The translations under genes were made by a program, and so were the position numbers. The notes under the pieces were generated by a model, which searched no databases, had not been told where the DNA came from, and saw only the letters and a list, made by a program, of their open reading frames with translations. Shown here piece after piece: positions 40,460 through 52,568 of a stretch of DNA of 64,000 nt (within the stretch, counting starts at the first letter, position 1; each line of letters starts with the position of its first letter). This stretch comes from Octopus sinensis (taxonomy: Eukaryota), in contig NC_043003.1 of NCBI RefSeq assembly GCF_006345805.1, positions 23,126,001 through 23,190,000 on the forward strand, read 5' to 3'.

Positions 40460-41133
40460 GAAGTACATTTTAGTACCCGTTTCCGTGTATTAGACTTTTT
40501 CAGCTAAGAGTAAAATAAGAAAAAAAAATTGAAGGAAAAAAAATAGTGAAATGTTTTGTAGATATTTCCATAGTCTTTAAGTAGATAAATAATTCCATAG
40601 TCTTCGGATTGTCTGTCCATTTCTCTGTTCTTTGTGAATGCCTCGTAGGCATTCACAATACCCGGTAAAATACTACAAGAATGTAAAACAATTCCCACGA
40701 CTACTTGTACGACCACAACAGGTCACTTTTAGGCCATTTGACCATTAAAAAATTATTCCATGAAAAATCTACTGTGTTACAACACTCTTGTATTTTTCTT
40801 TTCTTTTCTTTCTCTATCTCTTTCTTGTTTCCCTACTCCTACTTTTCTCTGTCCTTCATCTTTCCTTATTCTTTTTCTCTTCTTCTTCTCCTCCCTCGGC
40901 TGCTCCTGCTTAAACTATCAATTCTCGGTACCCAAAATATTCCTTTAAATTTACCCACCTACGTGGCATTCACAAAGAAACAGAGGCAGACGGACAGACA
41001 GACAATCTGAAGACTATGGAAATATCTACAAAACATTTCACTTATTTTTTTTCTTCAATTTAATTGATATTTTCGTATTTTACTCTTAGTTGAAAAAGTT
41101 TAAATGACGGAAACCGGTACTAAAATGTACTTC
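40460..41133. mobile_element. MITE/foldback element with ~180-190-bp terminal inverted repeats
   Basis: gaagtacattttagtacc...tgtgaatgcctcgtagg (40460-40649) is the reverse complement of 40958-41133. Confidence 0.85.
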
Positions 41134-41227
41134 AAATATAATATATATATATATATATAATATATATTATATATATATATATATTATAATACATATATTA
41201 AATAAATATATGTAGATTGGAAAAATA

Positions 41228-41270
<43 letters not shown>

Positions 41271-41280
41271 AAATATATAT

Positions 41281-41351
<71 letters not shown>

Positions 41352-41496
41352 CTATATATATACATATATATATATACATATATATTTTTCCAATCTACAC
41401 TTTATTTTTATTTGTACATGAGAGTTGCTCATTCTACAGGTAAAATCTAAATAATCTGAAAATTCATTCCAAATTTAGGAGTCAGAATAAATGTAT

Positions 41497-41566
41497 TAAC
41501 ATTAGTGGGATTCGAACGCACGCAGATGGATGTCAATTGGAGTTAAGTTCAACGCTTTAACCAATC
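41497..41566 (-). pseudogene. 5'-truncated tRNA-Leu(UAA)-like pseudogene
   Basis: Minus strand GATTGGTTAAAGCGTTGAACTTAACTCCAATTGACATCCATCTGCGTGCGTTCGAATCCCACTAATGTTA follows the metazoan tRNA-Leu(UAA) pattern (D-loop GG-TTAA, TAA anticodon, long variable arm, GTTCGAATCC); no CCA. Confidence 0.75.
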
Positions 41567-42300
41567 CTTCATTAAGCAATTTCTTAGATGTTAATATCTG
41601 ATATAATTCATCTATACACAGGTTGAATCTAGCATCATTAATTTTATACGATCTAGCATGAGTAAGTATTTTCCAATTTATTTTGTATGATTTCTTACTA
41701 TCGTTCAATTCCCAAATTAGTTTACTTAGTCTAGTACTGTTAAACCTATCTCTATTCCTAAAGGTGCACTCATGGTTTGCTATCCGTTTTTTAATAAAAT
41801 TTTCTGCAGACCCCACGTAAAAAAAAAACATTCTTCGTTCCGAATCCACCATAAATCTATATACAATATTGTTCTGTAAACAAAAAAATTTAAATAAACA
41901 TTTATCCTTATATCTGCAATCACAGTTTCTAGCTAGATCATTATCAGTAATATTATTATTTTATTATTTTTTCTTTTATTATAAAAATTGCCCAAGCTTT
42001 CATTATTAAAAGAGGAAATAATTCTAAACAAATTTTTAGATACTGAAATACCTATTCTAATCCTTTTATTATTAATTATTTTGTGATATTTATGTTCTTT
42101 ATTAATGTGCTTAGATATATATCTGTAAAATAGCTGGACCAGATTCGTTTTTATCTGTCGCGTGTAAAGAATGATAAACCAAATATAATTATCTTAACAT
42201 CATTGGGTGTATTTGGGTTGGCATATGGTGTATATTTATTATCATTAAAACTAAGTTTATTGAAATATTTATTTTTATTCAGGGCATATTTACCACTCTT
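41567..42300 (-). mobile_element. Penelope-like element remnant: RT thumb/linker plus GIY-YIG endonuclease
   Basis: KYTPYANPN; KTNLVQLFYRYISKHINKEHKYHKI; CDCRYKDKC...CLQNNIVY; YVGSAENFIKKRIANH...NSTRLSKLIWEL...WKIL...NLC. Confidence 0.85.
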
Positions 42301-42666
42301 GTTCTTATTGATATTGATAGTATTGTTAATCATATCATTACTATTTACAAATAAATTGGATACTTTTCTACTATTATATTCACCCCTTCGTTATCAATCA
42401 ATTTTTCATTATATATATATAATTATAGTTTATTGCATTTATGTTGAGCAGAATTGTGTGAACCGCACTCAGTATGTGGCAGTTATTTAATGGTTTAATG
42501 TTTGAAATACACAAACTGGAACAACAATTGTTGAGGAGGGAAAGAAAATATTCATCGTTAAATGATATGTTGATTCTAATTTCAGTAACATTTGGTAAAC
42601 TTTACAACCGTTTTAAAATATGACATGCATGCATTCAAGTACAAATGCACACACTCGTATACGCAT

Positions 42667-42727
<61 letters not shown>

Positions 42728-42823
42728 AGTTTAACAATTAAGGATAATCTCTTAATAAGGGATCTTAACAAGAAATTATCGGGTAGCTAGCGTGAAAACC
42801 TCATTTATGATGTGTTCAGAATC

Positions 42824-42881
42824 AGTTCTGCTGACGATCATTAGACGTAAGTTGAATGTGAAATCACGGTGATACAGAACT
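42824..42881 (+). ncRNA. Type I hammerhead ribozyme (copy 1 in repeat B)
   Basis: AGUUCUG-CUGACGA-[UCAUUAGAC GUAA GUUGAAUGU]-GAA-AUCAC-G-GUGAU-A-CAGAACU; 7-bp stem I, imperfect stem II. Confidence 0.8.
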
Positions 42882-43294
42882 AAATTCATTTTTTTAAATG
42901 TCTTGCTTTGAAAAACTGCATTTGGTATGATTAGTATAATTTTGGTAGTAATGACTTTGTCCCTCCTAGTGGAGGCATTTATGTGTATAATGCCCTCTAT
43001 ACAATATAGATATAATTAATTTGTTCAAAAGAAAAAATTATTTTCGAATTCTTTTCTTTTATGAGGTTTTCACGCTAGCTACCCGATAATTTCTTGTTAA
43101 GATCCCTTATTAAGAGATTATCCTTAATTGTTAAACTTATTCCGAATACTTTTCTTACCCGACATGCATTCGTAAAAAGCCCGCCATTTACCGGATATAT
43201 GATTTATAAACTTCCATGTGCTTGGCCGAGTGAGCATTGTCTGTTCGTCTTCGCTACGTAAGGTTGGTAGTTTATTTATGATGTGTTCAGAATC

Positions 43295-43353
43295 AGTTCT
43301 GCTGACGATCATTAGACGTAAGTTGAATGTGAAATCACGGTGATACAGAAACT
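43295..43353 (+). ncRNA. Type I hammerhead ribozyme (copy 2 in repeat B)
   Basis: Identical core; a 1-nt insertion shortens contiguous stem I to 5 bp. Confidence 0.78.
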
Positions 43354-43660
43354 AAATTCATTTTTTTAAATGTCTTGCTTTGAAAAACTGCATTTGGTAT
43401 GATTAGTATAATTTTGGTAGTACTGATGACTTTGTCCCTCCTAGTGTGAGCATTTATGTGTAATAATGCCCTCTATACAATATATATATATATATTATAT
43501 ATATATATATATATATAATATATTATAGATCGCTCTTAAAAGTACAAACGCATTCGTTTCTCTCTTTATATATATTCAATTGTATATAAAACAGAATATA
43601 ATATAATACGATATATATATATCTATGATATATATATATATGTGTGTGTGTGTGTGTATG

Positions 43661-43710
<50 letters not shown>

Positions 43711-44754
43711 TAAATATATATGCGTGTGTGTGCGTGTAAAGATATGTATGTGTGTGTATTAATGTGCGTGTGTGAGATTATTTATACATAAGTTAATGGT
43801 TTCTCGATCACAATAATTACTGCACGTCTGAAATATCTTATTTGCCATTTACGCATTAGGTTTATATTGTAAAACGGCCTTTAATTTCTTTCCTTTCTAT
43901 TTTTCTCTCTCATATCACCTGCTCGATTTAAATGAATGTCTAATCTGTCAATATTCTGCAAATTGCAGTTCGTATTCTCTTCTTTCTGACTTAATCTCAC
44001 TTATCATTTTAAGCCACTTAATGATCTAATTGTGCATGATTTTTTTGTATATAAGGTCGAATATTAAGGCCTGTTTTTTTTTTCTTTCTACATCTTGTAC
44101 ATTGTGTTCCATATAAACTTTACCTCACAAAGTAGTTTTTCTTATTTAAGAGGCTTTGTTTACTGATTGGCCTACATAAGCATATTTTCTTCTTTTCTTT
44201 TCTTCATTTTTTTTTTTGCTTTAACAGAATACTATTCGGTCTATTTATGAGCTAGATGTCGCAAGAAAGGAAAACAGGTTACGAGGCCATTGATTTTCAC
44301 TGTTAAATTGTATGGGCATTATTCAGTGAATATAAAAAAAACGACAACTAACAAAAACTTGAAAAAAAAAAAGTCAAAAGAACAGTTTGAAAGTAACAGT
44401 GTTTCTTTTTTTGTGTTTTCTTTCCATTACTTTTATCAGTAAAATTCTGATTTCAAATTTCACTTAACTTCCAGTATGAGCGCGAGAAGAAAGTGCATGA
44501 TTGAGAAAGAAAGAATGAAAGAAAAGAAGAAAGAAAGACAGAAAGAGTCTAACGCATTAAATAACTAAATCAATCAAAGCGAAGACGTGAATAAACTGCT
44601 ACCTATCAAACATATCTTAATGAAATTAAATGGGGAATATTTATTGACATGTGACGATCGTCAATCTGATTTAAACGTAGTTTCAAATATCTAGTAGATG
44701 GTGTTTGTCTTATAAACTTGTTTAGGCTTTTCATCTCACTTCCACCTCATTTCT

Positions 44755-45005
44755 GTGGAGGCGCGTGGCTTAGCGGTTAGGGAGTCAGCATCATGATCGT
44801 AAGATTGTGGTTTCGATTCCTAGCCCGGGCGATGTGTTGTGTTCTTAATCAAAACACTTGATTTCACGTTGCTCCAGTCCACTCAGCAGGCAAAAATGAG
44901 TAACGCTGCGAAGGACTTGGCATCCGGTCCAGCTGGGGGAAGACATACGCCATAGAAACTGGAAAACCGGGCCCATGAGCCTGGCTAGGCTTTAAAAAGG
45001 CGCAT
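44755..45005 (+). mobile_element. SINE family 3, full length
   Basis: A/B boxes, central cttcatttcacgttgctccagtccactcagc-type block, tail gcccatgagcctggctaggctttaaaa. Confidence 0.9.
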
Positions 45006-45010
45006 TCTTT

Positions 45011-45312
45011 GTGGAGGCACATGCCCTAGTGGTTAGAGCAGTGGACTCGTGGCCGAGGGATCGCAAGTTCGAATGTCAGACCGGGTTATGTGTGTGTTTA
45101 TGAGCGAAACACCTAAGCTCCACGCGGCTCTGGGAGAAGGTAATGGCGAACTTCTGCTGACTCTTTCGCCACAACTTTCTCTCACTCTTTCCTCCTGCAT
45201 CTTGCAGCTCACCTGCGACAGACCGGCGTTCTGTCCAGGTGGGGAACGTATACTCCAAGGAAATCGGGAAACCGGTCCTTATGAGCCAGGCATAGCTCGA
45301 GAAGGAACAAAC
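45011..45312 (+). mobile_element. SINE family 4, full length, directly downstream of a family 3 copy
   Basis: Matches the reverse complement of 36795-37101. Confidence 0.9.
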
Positions 45313-45454
45313 ACCTCACTTCTGTTATTTATTTTGTTTATCATTAGAAGCCACTATATTACTGATTTTATTTCATTGACTTAGGAAGGGCTGTGTGGCA
45401 CTTAATCATGCATACAGTCTGTATTGTTGCCCCTTGATCTTTTAACTTTTAATT

Positions 45455-45838
45455 GTTACTTGTTGCAGTCACTAGACTGCGGCCATGCTGGGGCACCGCC
45501 TTGAATACTTTTTAGTCGAATGAATAGACCCTAGTACTTTTTTGTTAAGTCTGGTATTTATTCTACTAGTTCCTTTTGCTGATTTAATTTATGGTAGTGT
45601 AAACACACCAACGCTGGTTGTGGAGAGCTGGTGGTGGATACAGACACAAAACACACACACACACGAACAAACATACATATATAAAGATATAATATTCAAC
45701 GGGATTCTTTCAGTTTCCGTCTACCACATCCACTCACAAGTCTTTGGTCGGCCCGGGATTATAACAAAAGACACTTGCTGAAGACACCACACAGTGGGAC
45801 TGAATCTGAAACCATCTGGTTAGAAAGCAAGCAAGCTT
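45455..45838 (-). mobile_element. SINE family 1
   Basis: Tail + (CA)n + head, as at 20625. Confidence 0.8.
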
Positions 45839-45844
45839 CTTTAT

Positions 45845-46560
45845 TTCATAAACCGGCTAGGGAAGCCGTACATAGATGGGACAAACAAGGACAGACAGAC
45901 TCAGAGGGTGAAGAAGTTGCTTATTACGAATAAAAATGTTTCGAATGATAAAATATAAATGTCATGCTGTTAAAAATTATATATTTTTTTCTTTGAAAAA
46001 TTTCAATATATACTTGATGATCATTGCAAATTTTGCAATTTGTGACTGAAGGAAAGGTATCCAGCCGCCAGGTTCGAACCTTTACTTTTCCTTCTAGTTC
46101 CACATACCTGGTCCTGGTCCCAGTCACTTGCATCTCTTCTCCGACCTGATCTTGCTATCGAGGTGGTAACTAAAGAAGTTAACCAACCACTGGCCGGAGA
46201 CGAAAGTACCTGTCACTATACCTCTTACACGCGTCTTCCATACTGTTTCTTTCAGTATGGCTACTACGCAGACAAACAACAGGCATTCTTTTTCCTGTCA
46301 AGGGAAGGATACGGCACAATCTTGATAATAGCCTCGGCCGATAGCTGTACTCTTCCCGTAGTTAACGAAAGCTGTCAGTCCCGATAATTCCGGACACGCC
46401 ACGAAGGCGTGAAAGTCAGTTTCTCTGTCCCGCCCGCACCGCGGTATATCGGTGAGATGGCACTTCCGTGTCTTGACAGCTTGTTTCGAACGAGCAAAGC
46501 TGAACGGTAGCACTGCCCAGCCAGAGATTTCTGGTAATTATCCAGATACCTCGACCCGAA
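45845..46560 (-). mobile_element. L1/Tx1-clade LINE 3' fragment: zf-RVT region plus 3' UTR
   Basis: LDNYQKSLAGQCYRSALLVRNKLSRHGSAISP.. then PRCGRDRETDFHAFVACPELSGL (CxxC..H..C pattern after a frameshift), and VVAILKETVWKTR. Confidence 0.8.
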
Positions 46561-46716
46561 CATATATATACGATGATTTGTGGGGGTGCAATGGCCTACT
46601 GGTTAGGGCAGCAGACTCGCGGTCATAGGATCGCGGTTTCCTTTCCCAGACTGGGCGTTGTGAGCGAAAATATCTAAATCTAGTAAACCCTCGATGCTAA
46701 AAAACGAAGTAGGGTC

Positions 46717-47580
46717 ATTCGTGGCCTTCTTTCTTCAGTCAAATATACCAGAAGTCCTTACTGTTTCGGACAATTACACTTGAGACAGTTCGATTTGGTT
46801 GCCCCCAGAAGCGTCTAAGCTAAAAGCATTAAACCTTTTTGTAAGGAATCTAGTGAATGTGTACAGCAACAAAGACAAAAAAAACGGAGAAGATGGCTCA
46901 CAATTATAAATACAAACAACAAGAATATAACAACAGGTGTCTTTCGACTGAGAACGAATCAAATTGAGCTGGCGTATATGAAATGAAAGCCTAAAGGCAG
47001 ATGCAAGGAGATGGACATAAGAAATGTTGCCTGTCGGCAGTCAGGCAAAGAAAGAAAAATCATGGCTGGCCGGACACCAGTCACGTGGAAGGAGAAGAGA
47101 GAGGTAGGGGACAGCAGGATTGAAAGATTAGAAAAAATATCAGAGACAAAGGGAAAGGTACAGGAGAGATAAACGAGGAGGAAAAGTGGGAGTTAAGGAA
47201 AGAGAGGGCCAAGAAATGTGAGAAAGAAAGGAGGAGCGAGAAAAAGAAAAGAGGAAGAAAGCTAAAAGAAGAGTAAGAGTCGTACAAAATTTAGATACAT
47301 ACCTGCTAGAGCACAAAATGGAACGAAAACAATAGAGGATAATAAAACATTCGGACAGACAGACGATACAAAGACAGACAGGAGAAGCAACAATTGGAAG
47401 GACAGGCAAATAAAGAAGGGATATTCGTGGCCTTTATTCCTCAGTCAAGTATACCAGAAGTCCTTACTCTTTCGGCCAGTTACACTTGAGACAGTTCGGT
47501 TTGGTTGCCCCACCCAAAAGCCTAAGCTGAGAGCATTAGACCGTTTTGTAAGAAAGCTAGCGAATATGTACGCCAACACA
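46717..47580. repeat. ~157-bp diverged direct repeats, 706 bp apart
   Basis: attcgtggcct...ataccagaagtccttact...ttacacttgagacagttcg at 46717 and at 47423. Confidence 0.8.
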
Positions 47581-47954
47581 AACACACACATATATACATA
47601 TATACATATATATATACATATATATATATATATTCAAACACACACATACATATATACATATACACACATACACACACATTGTCTAGGATAACACGCACCC
47701 TCCCCAGCTCGTATAAGTCTTCCTTTAAGTTTGTGTATGTGTGTGTCTGTACACGTATGTATGTGCGTGTTATAATCGTTAATAGTTCATAATATTTAAC
47801 TATGATAGATAACATATTCTGAAACACGTTTGCAGTATTCCTACTCTGTCTGTCTGCAATTTCATTTCGAATATTATTAGGATTTGATATAATTTAATAT
47901 AAAGATAATCAAAATAAGTTTCTTAGAAACGGTTTCTAATTATAGAGACCAGAC

Positions 47955-49860
47955 TTACGACGACGCCGACAACGGCAGCAACGGCAATGACGGCGACGGC
48001 AATGACGACGACGGCAATGACGGTGACTTCAATGACGACGACGGAAGACGACAATGACGACGACGGCAATGACGATGACGGCAATAACGACGACGGCAGA
48101 CGGCAATTACGGCGACGGCAGTGATGACGACGACGGCAATTACGACGACAGCAATGACGGTAACGGCAATGACGACGACGTCAATGACGGCAACGGTAAT
48201 GACGACGTCAATGACAGCAACGGCAATGACGACGACGTCAATGACGGCAACGGCAATGACGACGACGTCAATGACGGCAACGGTAATGACGACGACAGCA
48301 ATGACGACGACGGCAATGACGTCGACGTCAATGACGGCAACGGCAATGACGACGACGTCAACGACGGCAACGGCAATGAAGACGACGGCAATGACGGCAA
48401 CGGCAAGAACGACGACGTCAATGACGGCAACGGCAATGACGACGACGGCAATGACAGCAACGGCAATGACGACGTCAATGACGGCAACGGCAATGACGAC
48501 GACGTCAATGACGGCAACGGTAATGACGACGTCAATGACGGCAACGGCAATGACGACGACGTCAATGACGGCAACGGCAATGACGACGACGTCAATGACG
48601 GCAACGGCAATGACGACGACATCAATGACGGCAACGGTAATAACGACGACAGCAATGACGGCAACGGCAATGACGATGATAGCAATGACGGCAACGGCAA
48701 TGACGACAACGTCAATGACGGCAACGGCAATGACGACGACGTCAATGACGGCAACGGCAATGACGACGACGGCAATGACGGCAACGGCAATGACGACGAT
48801 GGCAATGACGGCAACGGCAATGACGACGACGGCAATGACGGCAACGGCAATGACGACGACAGCAATGACGGCAACGGCAATGACGACAACGTCAATGGCA
48901 ATGACGACGACGTCAATGACGGCAACGGCAATGACGACGACGTCAATGACGGCAACGGCAATGACGACGACATCAATGACGGCAACGGTAATAACGACGA
49001 CAGCAATGACGGCACCGGCAATGACGATGACAGCAATGACGGCAACGGCAATGACGACAACGTCAATGACGGCAACGGCAATGACGACGACGTCAATGAC
49101 GGCAACGGCAATGACGACGACGGCAATGACGGCAACGGCAATGACGACGATGGCAATGACGGCAACGGCAATGACGACGACGGCAATGACGGCAACGGCA
49201 ATGACGACGACAGCAATGACGGCAACGGCAATGACGACAACGTCAATGACGGCAATGGCAATGACGACGACGTCAATGACGGCAACGGCAATGACGACGA
49301 CATCAATGACGGCAACGGTAATGACGACGACAGCAATGACGGCAACGGCAATGACGATGACAGCAATGACGGCAACGGCAATGACGACAACGTCAATGAC
49401 GGCAACGGCAATGACGACGACGTCAATGACATCTACGGCAATGACGACGACGGCAATGACGGCAACGGCAATGACGACGACGGCAATGACGGCAACGGCA
49501 ATGACGACGACGGCAATGACGGCAACGGCAATGACGACGATGGCAATGACGGCAACGCCAATGACGACGACAGCAATGACGGCAACGGCAATGACGACAA
49601 CGTCAATGACGGCAATGGCAATGACGACGACGTCAATGACGGCAACGGCAATGACGACGACGGCTATGACGGCATCGGCATGGACGAGGACAAGATGAGA
49701 AAACAGAAGATGACGATGATGATAAACGCGACGACGACGACGATAACGATGACACCAATGACGCCGTCGTTGATCATGTGAAAGTTGAGGATGCTGATAC
49801 TGATGACAATAATGATAATGGTGATGATAATGATGACAACGACGACGACACGACGACAAC

Positions 49861-49906
<46 letters not shown>

Positions 49907-49915
49907 GTGCCGACG
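47955..49915. repeat. 30-bp GAC/GGC/AAC/AAT minisatellite (core ~48140-49680) with a ~330-bp higher-order repeat, decaying into (GAT)n
   Basis: Unit (gtc/ggc/agc/atc)aatgacggcaacggcaatgacgacgac; atc-variant units at 48621, 48972 and 49302. Confidence 0.95.
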
Positions 49916-51177
49916 ATGAGATGATGCCAAAATTGATGTTTGTTCACACTGAGGATGATGATTCCGAATTCTTGGAATTAATGCTGTTTCATTTGACAGA
50001 TTTCTGTGATGGAGAGAATTTATAAAAAATTGTTTACAATATTATGGGCTTGTGTCTAGTTCCTCGGGTATTTTAGTCTGATTCCTTTATCTACCGCTCC
50101 AGACTGGACCGCGCAGGAACTTTGCCAAATTTATATTAATATTGGTAGGTATTAAGCTCTGAGGAAATAATCTGTGTCCATAAGCAATATACATACCTAT
50201 ATCCATAGGTATGTACATACACGCACGAACACACACACATAGTCACACAAACAGACACGAACACATACATACTCACCCATATATATATACACATACACAC
50301 CCACACACTTTTGGGTATGTATGTATATATCTATCTGCTCTATACATACATACATACATACATACATACATACATACATACATACATACATACATACATA
50401 CATACGTACATACATACGTACATACATACATAATACATACATACATAATACATACATAAACACATACATGAATACATAAATACATGTGTGTGTGTATCTG
50501 TGTGTGTGAAAGGAATACATGGAAAAGAATATATTGGAATGAAAGATGTGCCCAAATTTTAAGTTTATTGGAGTTTATTTCATCGAGTCTATGTTGTATT
50601 TTCGAATTGGATATGGTGAATTTATCCGCGTAAAAAACAACTTGTGAATATTTCTCTTCTTAAATTTATGCAGTTTCACGTGTAAACACACACAATTACC
50701 TGTTAACGTGGCATTTAATATAATTCTTTCACAGACGATCAGGAAATCTTACGAGGATTAATACCATAGAGATACACACTCTACACATTAACAGATATAC
50801 ACAGGCAAGCCCAGAAAGTGGCCAAAACACCTAACCGCATATATCATGCAAGCAAATTCACTCACATTCAGTATTATTTGACAACTTAGCTATAAGAAAA
50901 TATAGAGAGAAACGAGCACTCTCAAAGCAATATTGTGAACTACAAATAGAGTACAAAATACCATACACAAGCAAACATACATCTAGCTTCACCAGCTATA
51001 TATCCGCGCGGCCAATGACTCCTGGACTCTTAGTGAATTTTCATTAAGTATGCATGCATACTCACAAAGGAAACGCATTATTTTCAATTCATAATGTGAA
51101 CCGTATTCATTACTCGACATATCGAAAAGGACTGGTCTCTTGACAGGACTATTTTTCAGCAATCCCGCGAACACTGA

Positions 51178-51214
<37 letters not shown>

Positions 51215-51221
51215 ATATATC

Positions 51222-51403
51222 TTTTTGTTGCACTTGTTTCAATCATTTGACTGCAGCCATGCTGGAGCACCGCTTTTAGTCGAAGAAATCGACCCCAGGA
51301 GTTATTCTTTGTAACGGTCTCTTTTGCCGAACCGCTAAACACACCAACATCGGTTGCAAAGAGATGGTAGGTGGGGGACAAATACAGACACTCAAACATA
51401 TAC

Positions 51404-51447
<44 letters not shown>

Positions 51448-51664
51448 TATTCATATACATAGGCACAGGAGTGGCTTACCAACCACATGGTTCCGGGTTC
51501 AGTCCCACTGCGTGGCACCTTGGGCATGTGTTTTCTACTATAGCCTCGGGCCGACCAAGCCTTGTGAGTGGATTTGGTAGACGGAAACTGAAAGAAGCCC
51601 GTCGTATATATGTATATATATGTGTGTGTGTATATATATATATATCTGTATATATATAAATATA

Positions 51665-51716
<52 letters not shown>

Positions 51717-51950
51717 GTATATATATACATACATATACATAGACGTAGATATCTCTTTATTCTTTTACTTGCTCCAGCTATTTGGCTATGGCCATGTTGG
51801 AGTACCGTCTAGAATGTTTCAAGTCGAAGAAATCAGGACATCTTTTGGTCTGCACAAGGCGATAGTAGAAGACATTTTCCCAAGGTGCCTCGCAGTGAGA
51901 CTGATCCCAGGACCGTGTGGCTGAGGGAAGCAAACTTATTATCACCTCCC
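51222..51950. mobile_element. Cluster of SINE family 1 pieces: tail (minus), head (plus), deleted copy (minus)
   Basis: Family motifs at 51222-51385, 51461-51605 and 51763-51950, separated by (TA)n. Confidence 0.8.
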
Positions 51951-52568
51951 CCCACACAAATATAGAGTACCTGGAACCTGTATTCTTCATGTTTCATTCA
52001 GGTATGCAAAAATAATCGATGGCTGTTTCATTCCTTGTTCAATAAATATTAAGATACCTCTTTATGTTACTTCATATAATTTTCATGCGTTCACTCCTTT
52101 TTCGGCAAAGAAAATACGTGCAATTCACATAGTAATACAGCCTTCATTCCTATTTTGAACATAAGTATAAAGCTACCATTTTCATGAAAAAGTTAAACAG
52201 AACAGGTGAGAATTAGTTCCTGGCAAATAAATTTTCTATATCGTTATATGTTACCGCTGTTGACGTCACTTGATATTTCCTTAATATATTGGTTGTCTAT
52301 AAGTATTTTAAAGGCCTCATATGGTTATGAGTGATAAAAGGGATTATAGAATGTTTATATCTTCCCCCTTGAGTGTTAAACGTGTAAAAGCATCCTTTGT
52401 ATAATGCTGTTTTATGCTATAATTTATTTCGCATTTAGGATGCACTGCATGGTTATCGATTACTGTGTTTCTTTGGTAGTTTAGTTTCTCAGTCCCGGAA
52501 GAAAGAACTGTAGAGTTGACATTCGTTCTATTTGAACGTACAAAGTAAAGGGAGATAATTGATAAGTA

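Larger units (their letters stand above)
42725..43484. mobile_element. PLE-type pseudo-LTR rearrangement A-B-spacer-A'(inverted)-C-B between (TA)n tracts
   Basis: A 42725-42804 and A' 43061-43140 form a perfect 80-bp inverted repeat; B 42803-43008 and 43274-43484 are direct repeats. Confidence 0.85.

Noticed and set aside
46717-47445. Minus-strand CUGAAGA / CUGAGGA in the direct repeats, with a nearby GAAA
   Set aside because: The required stems do not form in any HHR topology.
47955-49859. 634-aa (minus), 525-aa (plus) and 430-aa (minus) ORFs over the minisatellite
   Set aside because: They are open only because the triplet units lack stops in those frames, so they were not called as CDS.
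50780-50990. Possible GIY-YIG remnant (IYTGK...RALSKQYCEL)
   Set aside because: Only weak motif echoes across frameshifts.
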